Made by a program: the position numbers and the translations under genes. From Ptychomitrium polyphyllum (lineage: Eukaryota), in assembly GCA_973851085.1 (NCBI GenBank), contig OZ316775.1:17112001-17176000 (forward strand): a stretch of 64,000 bases of DNA. The letters are read 5' to 3'. Of this stretch, positions 23,001-35,699 are shown in pieces (position 1 is the first letter of the stretch; every line of letters begins with the position of its first letter). A model generated the notes under the pieces. The model did not search any database. It was not told the DNA's origin and saw nothing but the letters and a program-made list of their open reading frames with translations.

Positions 23001-25590
23001 AACAATAAGTCTATGAATATTTTTATTATACAGAAATCCGCATCCTTTAAAAAATTGATACTTCTTTAAAAGAAGTAGTATTTGCTTTGAGAAAAAGAAT
23101 CCAACTTATGGTATTAGCTTAGAGGAGAATAATCCGCAAACCTCTAAGACACTATGGAATCTTAAAGAAGATGGCTAAACAAGTATTTTCTTTAAAGAAC
23201 CTTAACTTTGACAAGCATGAAAAATACTCTTGCCAAATTGTTAGGGGCACAAGAAACAAGAAATAGATATGAAGTGTTTTCCAATATCTAACTTACAAAG
23301 AACTAATGATTAACAAGATATATTACAAAGATTAGAGTTAGGCAAGATATAATATGATTCACAATTTGTGTTGGCAAAACTAAAGAATACCTTGTCTTGC
23401 CTTTTATTTATACTATGATGCTTGTATTTCCTATATTACTTCTAAAGAAGCTTCCTATAAGGCTCAAGAATGTTCTAGAAGTCTATAGAATCTTCCCAAG
23501 AAATTTTCCAAAATGGTGGAATCTTCCTAAAAAGCTTCCAAGGAGCTAGAACCTTCCTTGGAAGTTTTTTAAGGTGGTGGAAATGGTTGTAGAGACATTT
23601 AAAGTATTCTAAGAAATTATTATAATATAATAAAAGGTTCTAGAAGGTTTGAAAGACTTTATTGCGAGATCTATGTCCTTGACAAATGGCACCATATATT
23701 AGATGAAGGATGGCCATGAGACTTGTGATGTAGCAACCGTCTATAAAGGCAAGACTCTTTTACTTATTCCTATGGTCTATCGTAGCATTGCTATTTGTGT
23801 AACTAACCTTCTTACTACGTTGTTGTGTTGGATGTAACATAAAAACTTCATAAATGCAAAATTCAAATTTTGAGATGGACAAATAGGAAATGGACCTCAA
23901 AATATCTAACATCTTATTATATTGCTATAATTGGAAGTTGACGTTTTCTAAAGCACATACTTTGTCTCAATTAAAGTTGGTTCTAAGTTTCATTTGCCAG
24001 ATAATGGATTAAGGAGAGAATTAACAACATAATTACCATATTTGATCTTCTAAACGCAACAATGGATATCATTAAGACAAATATGTATTTTATTTTGGTG
24101 CATTTTTATTTCAAGTGGCTTTAGTTACAATTGTATAAAATGTGATGATCTCCAATTACTATGTAATGTAAGAACATCTCCAATATAGTAACAAATATTG
24201 GCCAGATATATAGAATTAATAATTATAATACAATTTAAAAATATTGGCCAATCATCATTTTTTTTCATTTCAATTTCTAATATATCATTGGAGATGTTTA
24301 AAATGCACCAAAATCTATAATTAAACATATTTTTAAAATAAACAATTATAATACTATCACTAAATTTTCAAGACATTTTCACATTCTAAAAGATACATTT
24401 TTTAAATACTTTTTGAATAACATATGAAAATTTGAATATTTCTTTGAATAGTGCTTCAAATTGTGTGCTTATAAGTCTATAAAATGCAAAACTTATATTA
24501 AATGGTTTCTTAGATTTATAGTTGAATTAAAATTAAAATATTCAAATGTTTTTTGAAACTCTTTTGTAGGTTTCCAAAAAATGAGGAATTGGTTGATAAA
24601 ATAAGTATAGATAATAATTTTTTTATTTTCCACAATTTTTGATACAATTATCTTGTAATAGTGGTATAAAGTGATTTCATCTATTGTAAATTGTATTAAA
24701 AACTAACATAATTTACATTCCAAAATTCATTATGGATTGCATTGATATGGAAATTTAACTTTATATTTCAAAAATTCAATGGTATTTAATAAAGGCATCT
24801 TATGTCTTACAATCATATAGTGTTTTATTCAGATGGTATTAATTTTTTTGTTTATGTAAAGACAATTGCCTATTTATTGAAAAAAAATCAATTTTTTCTA
24901 ATATTAGTTTCATAAGATGTTCAACTTAGATTTAAATGACAAATGTCAAATAAAAATAACATTTGTAAATTTTTGATTATAATAAATGATAATAAATTTT
25001 TTTTGTGGAGGAATTAATAATCCAAAATTAAAACCATTGATTAGATTATATTTCAACAAATTATACATGCATATGATAGTATCATATTAAAACTTCATCT
25101 GTAATGTTTTTATATAGAATATTTTTTAATACATGAAATATTCTTCTATAAATTTGTATATTTTATCAAAATATCAAATACTTTAGTAGTTTTTAAACTT
25201 TAAAAAATAATATATAGTATATAATTATATGTATTAATTCAGTTTTATAAAATTGGGTCTTTGGTGACCTTTGTTAAAAAGCAAAAAATAAATAATTTTC
25301 ATTTTTGGTTAAAAGGTTTAAAAACTACAAATTTTTTAAACTTTTGAAAACCATATTTTCTTTTGATTTTTTGATTAATAAGAAATCAAAACGACATTGG
25401 TATATTCTGATTTAAAATGTTGTAAAAATAACACCAAAATGCTAAATGTTAATATAATATCAAAATGAAATAATGTATGGTTTTGATGTGATTTTGACCA
25501 ATAAAATTTTGATGTTAATAATTAGCACCCTTTAATTATTTTGATATTGTAATACCATGGAATTAAACAAAAATAATAACTCATGTATTT

Positions 25591-25728
25591 TCACGTCATT
25601 TTGATGTCACAATCATTGTCTCCAAATTCAACACAAGCAGATAAGAACCGAACTTTTTCCACATCCCCTAACCAAATCATCTCTGCTTCTGCTTCCAAAC
25701 AAGCTTCTCCTTTCTAAAGACCACGTCA
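25591..25728 (-). promoter_or_regulatory. Two UPRE-like bZIP sites upstream of the PDI gene: TGACGTGA at 25591-25598 and TGACGTGG at 25721-25728
   Basis: Both match the plant unfolded-protein-response element TGACGTGR and lie 680-815 bp upstream of an ER foldase start codon. Confidence 0.5.
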
Positions 25729-26406
25729 CAAATCCTACATGGCATGCGCACACTAGCCTAACCCAGACGCCGTCACCAACCCATGCCCGCACGTTCTTCC
25801 TCGCGGAAAAACTAGCAACACCCTCAAATATGCAACAACATCTACGGCAGATCAAAAACTAAGCTTAGAGTCTTCATTTGTCGTGGACAGTCTCGATCTC
25901 ATCTGTGACAGCCTTTTATTAATGTACTCCCAAAACCGTCACTAAGCTTAAAACCAACACCATCTACGAAAATCCTACAATTTACTGAAATATTCATGTT
26001 TTAGTGAACAATCTAGAGTGACTGTACAACTATTGCATCTAGCACCCGTAGTATCTAGAAAATGTATGTACTCAATCTACTAAAAGGAATGATATTCGTA
26101 GATATTGTCGGTTCGAAGTCAAGTGACGGTTCTGGAAATGAAACCCTAAAATATTGCGGGTTCTTACTCCTCTTAAAGGCACATCGGAAACTACCGCTGC
26201 ATTCAAAAATGGCATCATGTAAGGAGGGAGTAGATAGGAATTCCTGAAATCGCGATAAAGCGTAGATAGAGTCGATCTCGAAATAGCAGTGGTTTGCCAG
26301 CTTAGGGTTTCATGGTAGCGGGAGGACGCTCGCATATGGTGGAGGAGTTTCTCGCAGGGAGCTTCAGAACGAGTGCGAGGGTTTGGGAGGCAGATTGCTT
26401 GCAGCG

Positions 26407-29400
26407 ATGGCGATGTCGAAGATTGTATGCGTCTTGGCCGTGTCCCTGGCGCTTTTCGTGACCGTATCGGCCGCGGACGAGCACGTCACAGTGCTCACTG
26501 CGTCCAATTTTGAGGACTACGTTGGCGGTGACAAGGGCGCGCTCGTGGAGTTTTATGCGCCGTGGTGAGTGATTGATCTCGATGCGTTTTTGTTGTGGTT
26601 GTTGATCGGCGTTTCGTGGCAGGATTGTTGATCTTGCGGTGCGATCTTTGGTTGTCGGTAGACTTGGTGGAGCTTGAGAGAGGGACGGGGAAATTGGTTT
26701 TTATGCATTTGGTTAGGGTTGGATGTTGAGTTGCGCCGGGGCCGGGGTGGCGAGGTAGCTTTGATGAGGCGCACGGATCTGGTTTGTGTGACAGCTTCGA
26801 CCGGGATGTCGACTATCGAATGTTTAGTTTTCTTTTAATCTTATTTTATTGATGGATTATTGAGATTATTGGCGGAGCCTTGTAATTACGGGCAGGGAGC
26901 TCTGGGACGTGAGGTTTTGCGTTTGGTGATTGAGATGTTGTTGAGGTGCTTTTGTTCATGTTCTGTAGGTGTGGACATTGTAAGAGGCTGGCTCCGGAGT
27001 ACGAGAAGTTAGGCGAAGCGCTCAAGGGACAGAAAGGTGTCTTGATAGCTAAGGTGGGACTTTTTTTTTTTTGGGTTCATTTTTTGCTCGTATTGCGAAT
27101 AGCCAGTTGTGAGTTGTAGACATGATAAGTATAACAAGTTAACTACTGTAAATATATGGACGTCGGTTGTTGGTGGCAAGGTACTGGATACCTTGGTTTT
27201 TAAATTCAAGGCGCTATTTCACATTTTACCCATTTTGCTCATGTTTTCGTTTTCAGTATTTGACTTACAGACGTTTCATGTTAGGGAACTGTTTTTTATG
27301 TTAGTGATTATGGTCGTGACTTGAATGGTCGGTGTGCTGTAACAGGTGGATTGTGATGATCACAAAGCGGTGTGCAGTAAGTTCGGGATTCAAGGGTTTC
27401 CTACAATCAAGTGGTTTCCTAAGGGGTCTCTGGAACCTAAAGAGTGAGTAACTGAGTCCAATTTTTCCCAATTTAGCTTCTCTACAATCTCTTATTTTGG
27501 TTGTCGTAAACAGAACTTGAAATTTTTTGGGGAGTGGTTTTTGGAAATTCATCCATGGAGGTAGTTCTTACTTTGAAAAGTTGCTTGCACCAGCTACTCT
27601 GGAGGTCGTACCACGGATGCACTTTTAGAATTCGTCAACAATGAAGCAGGTAATCAACCTATTTTATTTTTCCTGGGAACTAGTTTTCTAATTGTTGTCA
27701 TCTAATGCCAAGTCATTAACTTACGACTTTTCACCATGCTACTCACCATTTAGGGGGGCAGTTTATTGAAATTATGAATTTGCTTTGTGTCTGCAGGTAC
27801 TAAAGGAAAGGTATATGCAGCTCCTTCAGAAGTTGTGGTACTCACCCCAGCAAACTTTGACAAGATCGTGAAGGATCCCTCAAAGGATGTCCTTGTGGAA
27901 TTCTATGCTCCATGGTATAATTTCTCGTTTGATAGCTGTTATGTTGTACAACATGGCATGTATTTCTTGTCATATTGTAGTGTAACCTTTTTCCAACCTC
28001 TGCAAAACAACGTAGTGAGCTGTGATTGAGGGTTGTTTGTACAGATGTGCTGACTATTTTCGTGCGCAAAAGAAGTATTGACTAACTGTTTTGGTGTTCT
28101 ATTTCATGATTGCTGATCATAACACATCATTACTGATATTTGGTTGCGGATTGTTTACTTTTGGCAGGTGTGGTCACTGCAAGAGTCTTGCTCCTGTAAG
28201 ATCCGCTTCAGTGTTATGTTATCACATTTTGTTGTTATATCTTGTATCTTGTGTGTATAATGCTAGAAGCTTGAGGTGGAAACTGTATTGTAGTGCTAGA
28301 ATATGCTGAATTTGTAGTCGTAAGTTGGGCTTAGGCAGAGTCTGGCAAAGGGTTAAGTATATAATCTATTTTGTGGTTGCTGTCCTTTTTTTTGTTAATT
28401 TAAAAAAAAAATAAATACTCAATTTTTTAATTCTGCAATTTGTAAAGTTAAGGGCGAGTTTTTATCAAGCAGTAATTGATTAGTTGTTTTGTTCGATGTT
28501 CAGGTTTGGGACAAAGCTGCCGTAGCTTTCAAGTCAGAAAAAGACGTTGTGGTTGCCAAGGTCGATGCTGATGCCCATAAGGATCTTGGTGAAAGGTATG
28601 AACAAGTAATTCTGGCTTCGGAGAAATCACAGCCATTTTGATTGATTACTATATCTTGCAGATGGTAGACCACATTTCAGGTGGTTTAGGGGTATTACGC
28701 AGGAGTGTAACGAAATGTTTGCTCAATTCACTGTCTGAACTAGGCTATCTTTTGTTCTAGTTTTTGTGTGGTCCTGTGGTTGAAGTGAAGGAGCTGGATT
28801 GTTCCACACCTGATCAGGGTTGTTGATAAAGGATTTATTTGACATTGACAGATTTGGAGTGTCTGGTTATCCTACATTGAAGTTTTTCTCAAAGGAGAAC
28901 AAGGGTGGTGAAGATTATGATGGTGGCCGAGATTTGAATGCAATTGTAGAGTTTTTGAATGAGAAAGCTGGAACCTCTCGCACGGCTACTGGAGCCTTGA
29001 GTAATGATGTATGGCTGCCTTTTTGATGTGATATTCTTAGCATGCACGTGATTCTGCATATATGTAATGTTAGATTGACAGGGTGTTTGATATGTTACAT
29101 TATAAATTTTACCCTAACATCCGAATTCCTTGCAGGCTGGTATTTTGTCAGCTTTTGACGAGGTTCTCACTGAATTTTTGTCGGCTAAGCCTGGGGAACG
29201 AAGTGATATTCTTGTCAAGGGAGAGGAAGCAGTTGCCAATCTTGAGGGCCAGGCAGCTGGGTATATTTGCAAGCTCTTGTGTTTATTTTGTTTTTAGCTG
29301 GTAAATTTGTCATTACGATTACCTCTAGGTAGTGAAATTCCAACAATATTGTAGATAACGTCTGATCCTATTTCCTGATGGTTTTCTACTACAGGTATGG

Positions 29401-29758
29401 AAAGGTGTACTTGAAGGCTTTGAAGAGCATGATTGAGAAAGGGGAAGGCTATGCAAAGAAGGAAGCAGAAAGACTTTCCCGCATTTTGTCAGGAGTAAGT
29501 TTTCAATGTTGTTGCCCTTCCTGATTTGTACGTTGTTTATTTTTGCTTAGCGTTGAACTCAAGCAACTGGTATTATTTCCTTAGTTCAGAAATGTTAGTA
29601 TGTTTTAAAGTAGCTAAAAATATAGACTTGCATTGATTAATCAATCATTATTCTTTTGACCCACTTTCTTCTGCTATGTATAGTCAGTCAACCCAAGCAA
29701 GGTCGACGAGTTTACAGTGAAAAGGAACATTTTGTCATCTATTGCTGATAAGCAATGA
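26407..29758 (+). CDS. PDIL2-1: Protein disulfide isomerase, a-a'-D (ERp29 C-terminal) type. Exons 26407-26564, 26969-27053, 27346-27443, 27594-27649, 27797-27914, 28168-28195, 28504-28595, 28852-29008, 29136-29260, 29395-29494, 29684-29758
   Basis: Signal peptide; two EFYAPW|CGHCK active sites, each split by an intron; GFPTIKWF and GYPTLKFF motifs; C-terminal [13 protein letters not shown]...[11 protein letters not shown] with no KDEL, as known for this class. All junctions are GT-AG and in frame. Confidence 0.95.
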
Positions 29759-32700
29759 AGGCTAATCAGGGAGTTGGTGATGAGAATTCTTGAAGATCGA
29801 GCAATTTGTTGAAGATAGAAATTGGAGGGATGTACGGAAGGTTTCTCTGTCACTCTGGTAAATGACTGACGGATAGGTTTGAGGGAAAACTTCAGGCTTA
29901 TCTATCATGAGGTGGTAACGTCTCCTAGGAGTGTTTTGCTGTACTAGTTTTAGGGGACTCTGTGCTAGAGTCTTGTTCTGTGTTCCTCACTATTGTTTGT
30001 TAGACTTGCCACAGAATGCTAGCTTCTTGTTATATAGATGGATATCTATCATGGTTATATGAGCCACATGCTGGCTTGGACCATGAATGGGACTACTCAT
30101 AGGTTTATAGATAACAGAGGACGAGCATTTATGAGAACTACAATGCAACAAATCTATGTAACAAGAAGTTTCATTCTTCTTTTTTCAGTTGCTCCTGATA
30201 GGGTGAGACTGAGAGAAGTCACTGGAGTAAATCTGAATCATATTACACCATTTATAAAATAATTGTGCTAAATTTTGTAAAGATGAGTTTGGTGTATAAA
30301 CTAAGCAGATCTAAGCAATTTCAAAATTTCCTTATGATATATTATGCTTTGCATTAAGTTCCTTAATGCATGGTATTAGTAAAGGCCATTAAAATTGTCA
30401 AAATTTTAATGCAAGGGATGCTGGAATTGCCATTTCTACATAATGGCATCTCCTAAAGGTGGGATAATAGTTTGAAGGAGGGAGTTCAATACCAACTCTG
30501 TTCACATTAAACACAAGTTTATTTACATATAGCAATTCAGTTTGCTATGTATTTGGAAATCTTTTACAAACATTCATCATTTTGTGAGGAATCCATGTAA
30601 CATTGTGAGATGTACATATACATTGGAACACATGACTTTAATTCCCTTTATTTTGTATCAAAAGTTGGCTTTGAATATGCAGTGCCAATTGGCCACAATT
30701 GCCTGTAAGCTTCATTGTCTAAGGACAACAGAAAAGCCTGAGGTGGTCCCACCAAAAAAATATAGGACATTGGTTCCTGTCTTAAGCGGTTGTCATACAC
30801 TAAATTTGAAATAGGGATTTTGAAAAAGTTTGCAGAAAACTGGGAATCGGAGTCTGATGTTTTCCATATTTTGTGTCTATAGTCTTTCTGCAAGTGCAAA
30901 GGGAATTGAGTTCTAAAATCTATATGTTTCAGAACTTAAGATGGCAGAATTTTTTGGATCAGTTTAATATTTGCCTACTGTCTTTTTGGTCATATTCCAG
31001 GCCTTCGCTGGTTTATTATAAATCAACTAAATCATAAACATAGAGTAGGAAATGAGAGCACTGGTGAGATTTTAGTTGAGGAAGTACTTGACTTTATAAA
31101 TAACTCTATTGTATAGAATTTTATAACTTGGCAATTCCTAGAAAATCTTTAAATACATGCACCTTGTTTGAATTGGGACTGAGTGGGCACCCTGCACTTC
31201 CAAATCAAAGGTTGGGTTTCAGCCAGATGTGGTGATTCTGCACATACCAATGGTCAACAAGCAGTTGTTGAGTTTCCTAAGCATCTGGAGGATGGACATA
31301 AAAGTACTGTATGTGGCCATGGTAGTATGGTACTGTACCAATGTTCATGAATGGTACAATCAAACACCCACAGCATGTACCAGGACTCTGTACAATTTTG
31401 CCTCTCATTCAGCTTTGGAGATCTACTGTTAAATACTCAATTCATTTTTTATCTTAATTTTCCCTGCCCAGGAGAACCTACTTCACTTCACTGCAAAATT
31501 GCAAACAATACCCAAGCAGCTGAAAATAGGACTGAATTCAAGTTTTAAGAATCCAGCTAGAAACAACTTCTATGATTCTGCACCCTTTATATTGCTGCTC
31601 TGTTCTCTATGTGCAAGGGTGGCTTAGATAGTCAACTTCCATACATTAGTTGCTACTTGACTGGCCTCTGTATACTTCATGAGTCATGTCAACATCATGC
31701 AACTTAGACATCCTATCATGTACGCATGTTTATGCACAAGTGTGCCTGTGTCTTGTGCAATCCAGTCCACTATGGTATCGTTTCCCATCTCTTGTTGACT
31801 TTGCAATTTGAATGATTGTCATTGAAGCCTTGTCAGATGGAGCTGGTGCCCTGCAAAGTTTGGCTGCTTGTCTTTAGTGGCCCTCGCACCCTGTACTTGT
31901 TGCCCACACATAGTCAGTTTGACATCTGATGGTTACATTGTGTGTGGTTACTTTTGTCTTTTCATAGAGAAAGACCCTAAAGATCAGGGGTCAGGATCTT
32001 GTGCATTAGCCAGGCCAGGCCAGTCCATCCTAGAGTGAGTTAATTTTCAAACTCATGAAATCAGAAATGAAGTTTTATCATGTTTGCCCTTCATTATTTT
32101 TTAGAACATATAAAATAAAGTAAGATTGTATATATAACTATTCTAAAAAGAAACTGAATCTGGAGAGTTCTGTTGGACCTCCCAGACACCAAAATTTGGC
32201 ATGCTCACCATATAGGAGCTCAGAAAGTTGTGTACAATTCACATTACAGCTTGTTTGAATCTTCAGAGCCAACTAAACTACCATCCAATTATCACTCTCA
32301 AAGTGGTACAGTACAACATTGAGTACGTGATTTTATATGACCCACTCTGGTTCTGAACTTATCATTAGGTGAACAGGAACTCATTCTGTAATGTCAGCAA
32401 GTACCTAGTGTTCCTAAGATTGCATTCTATAATATTATTAACTAATGTTTTTCAAACTTATCACATTCTAAATTTATATATCCTCACCTTGTTTCAGATA
32501 TTGATAATCAAAATAGTGCAGTCCAATCTTAATCAGAAAGGCCTTGCAGTACTGATTGTGTAGGAGGTCTTCCTCCAGGTTCCAGGACCTATAGTCTCTG
32601 TCTGCAATGTCTGTATGTCTGTTGGTGAGCAATACCAGTTATTAATCTAACCTATAGTAGATTTACAGCATATTCCCCACTCACAAATGCAGATGTAGGC

Positions 32701-34555
32701 TCCTGGTGTACCCATTTTCAATTTCACCCATTGTATGTTGAGGCAACCTCTTGGATTAAGATTTAATTCACCAGTTGCATAAAATATTATTATTTTTAAC
32801 ACTGTTTTCACATGCAGTCACTATTAAGTTTTTGGATCAAACATTGTGCAAGCAAATTCAAGACAATGAATGTGTTTGGAGACTACACATTTGTAATCAG
32901 TACATTGCTATGGTACAGATAGGATGGTAGTTCCCACAAATAGTATACATGTTCAGTCAAACAGACTTCACAAGAGACTTGAATTATATCTTGAATTGCC
33001 TGGTTTGGTGGTAGAGTTTAAATTGTCTGCATTTAAATTAGTTTCAATTGTCCTTGTCTTCGTTTGTAAGGACATTCATAAATTATAGTGATGCATGTTC
33101 TGTTCATGCCCTGCATTTATTTGGTCAAAATAACTACTCTAGCACAAGAAGCACCCACTCAATGCTCTATTAATCTAGAATATATCAGTAACCATAGGTT
33201 ATTGGGTGGTTCTTATGATGTCAGGGGTTGCATATCCTCTGGATGTAAATCTGATAGCAGGAGTTCTTAGCATTAGTTGGGCATTGTAAGGTGGGTTTCT
33301 TTTTTCTTTCCCCATTTTTTGAACAAATGCTAAAGTGGCTACGCACCATAATACGGTGTAGGCAAATATTATTCTATTCATTTGTATTAAAAAGAAATGG
33401 CCGGAGCATCATTTTCATCCACATATTTTCAGTATAAAGGAGTGGTTTCATCCAAATCTTCTCCAATTCTGTTGGCTAGGTGCTTTCCAGTGTTTAAAGG
33501 CCTATAGATTATACTAGGTTTAAGGTAAAGTGGGCCAGAATCAAAAACCTTGTTTTTGTAGGGTGAACTAAGCTTGTGCTGTGTTTTGCTCCAACTCTGC
33601 TTTGAACCTTGTATAGTTTACAAATGCTTCTACTGCATGAAGCAAATTAAGTTACTCAGAAGATTCTTAGAAAGTCAAGACTATATTGTATCACAGATAT
33701 CATGAGGAGGGTAATACATACCATCTTCTAAAATTTTAGGCCAAAACTCTGCTTAATTTGCTAATCAAATGACATGAAGACCCAAAAGAATCAAATAGTT
33801 TTTGCATATACCTTATTAAATCCATTTTTATTTCATCAATAATAGTAATAAATACCAAAATGTTCCATGAAGTGTATACTTTCTACTCAATATTGGAAAA
33901 ACGGCTGCTATGAATTTTAGGAATGGTATGGACATGCAATTGGTTCTCAGTACAGTCCTTTATAAGAGAGTTTGAGGTGTTGGTTGGGTTAATTCCTTCA
34001 CAAAGAGCTGATTGAGGCCGTATCAAATTGTCCTTTATAATGTTCAAGGCTGATCTAGTACTAAACTCTTGTTGCAATGTAACTGCTACTTGGCAACTCT
34101 ATTTAATAGAAGGTTGATGATTAGATCCTTTGGCATTCAAGGATCCCAGTGCTTAGACCCCATTCCCTCCAAATTTGTAGCTATGTACCTATGCTAAGCC
34201 AGCCCATCTCATGAACTTGCCTTGCAGCCCTTGGGTTTGCTTTCAAGCTGGCTTACTGGGCTAGTTTCCACTCAATAACACATCTAATAGAGAGTTTTAA
34301 TCCAAAACATTTACAGTGGATCAACCCAATCATCACAACAAAAACTCAACCCCAGATGTTAGTTTTAAATGAAGACTTTGATAATTTATTGGCAGTCAAA
34401 ATGGTTTGAAACTTCCAATGCCATAAGATTATGGCTCTTCTGCTGATAGAGTTGAAATTTTTGTCACAAGACAAGTTGGAGCAGGAGGTTGATGTCCACT
34501 CAAATTTCAAAGCAAGTTGTGGAATGCTCATAAGAATTTGCATGTACTTTAATCT

Positions 34556-34767
34556 TTCTATGAAAAAGATCTTCACAAGGAGTGACTCCAAATAAGTGAT
34601 CACTCCCTTATCACCGCACCATTAATTCTATGAAAAAGATCTTCACAAGGAGTGACTCCAAATAAGTGATCACTCCCTTATCACCGCACCATTAGTTCTA
34701 TGAAAAAGATCTTCACAAGGAGTGACTCCAAATAAGTGATCACTCCCTTATCACCGCACCATTAGTT
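34556..34767. repeat. 70-bp tandem repeat, 3 near-identical copies
   Basis: TGAAAAAGATCTTCACAAGGAGTGACTCC... starts at 34561, 34631 and 34701; only one difference seen (ATTAATT vs ATTAGTT). Confidence 0.95.
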
Positions 34768-35511
34768 GTTGAATTTTCAAAAATCAATGCAATGGGTAGA
34801 ACTATTCAGCAATATTTTAGTATAGCATTCTTGAATTACCTCCTACAGGATTGAAGCTTTTTAGTTTTAAAATACCATTGCTTCTGAAAATTCATGGTTA
34901 TAAATAGAAATGATTGAAGGAAATCTCAACCATACAATCTTGTGTTAGACTTTATTTTATACAAAACATGATTCTAAAATTTGACTGGTGATACATTGGA
35001 ATTGAGATTCTATTGATTAGCATACTTTAATATAAAAACTATAATGATTTGATGTGTCCAAAAATGGCCAAATCTTATAATTCAAAAGTGTTCAAAGTTA
35101 AATTTCATTATATTGATATACTTGGTCAAATCTTCACAAAAACTATTATTGGTGTAAGAATTTTACCACAAAAACTTTACTTGAATTTTAATCAATTTTT
35201 TTTACTACACATTAAAAAATTAGGAAATATGAACTACTAAAATACTCTCATGTGATGGAATTATGGCTTTAAAGTTTTGGTACCACTATCATTAGAGGTT
35301 ATGTTCATCATATTGTGTTATATCATCACAACTCTGTGATCTGACATCTGAATTAATGTACAACTTTGGACTTTCGCAGGAGGACACCTTTTTCTGCCAA
35401 TATTGTTCATAGTCTAGACATTAGGTCTTTGTTTGTTGTTGTAATCTCTGAAACCATATAAAAGTTGATTTTGTTGCTACTTTAAACAAAGGATTTCTCA
35501 CAGGCTTGTGT

Positions 35512-35577
35512 AATGCCCTGGTCTAAATTGTTTTGTTGAATGCCTGGTCTGAATTGTTTTGTTGAATGCCTGGTCTA
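35512..35577. repeat. About 26-bp tandem repeat, roughly 2.5 copies (AATGCCTGGTCT(A/G)AATTGTTTTGTTG)
   Basis: Read directly from the sequence. Confidence 0.8.
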
Positions 35578-35699
35578 GGCCACACATGGCTTCTTTATTA
35601 TGACTGGTGGATTGATGATTGCAATATTTGGTATAGGCAGCTGCATATCAATGACTTGAATATAGAAATATTTGTGTCCAGCTCAATATCCTTGAGTTC

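Larger units (their letters stand above)
7113..23684 (-). mobile_element. Element D: degenerate full-length Ty3/gypsy chromovirus. 5' LTR 23239-23684; 3' LTR split into 7113-7308 and about 15088-15403
   Basis: Both LTRs begin TGTTAGGGGCACAAGAAAC on the + strand. Perfect TSD AATGG at 7108-7112 and 23685-23689. On the minus strand: gag (ORF 22447-22800), zinc knuckle CLYCGKFGHKVHNC near 22040-22085, protease, RT, RNase H (ORF 20012-20218), integrase about 16.3-17.5 kb and chromodomain (EYEVKEILD) near 16.2 kb. Many stops and frameshifts. Confidence 0.9.

Noticed and set aside
34556..34767. CRISPR-like array with palindromic repeats
   Set aside because: Units are contiguous with no unique spacers, no cas genes, and the context is eukaryotic.
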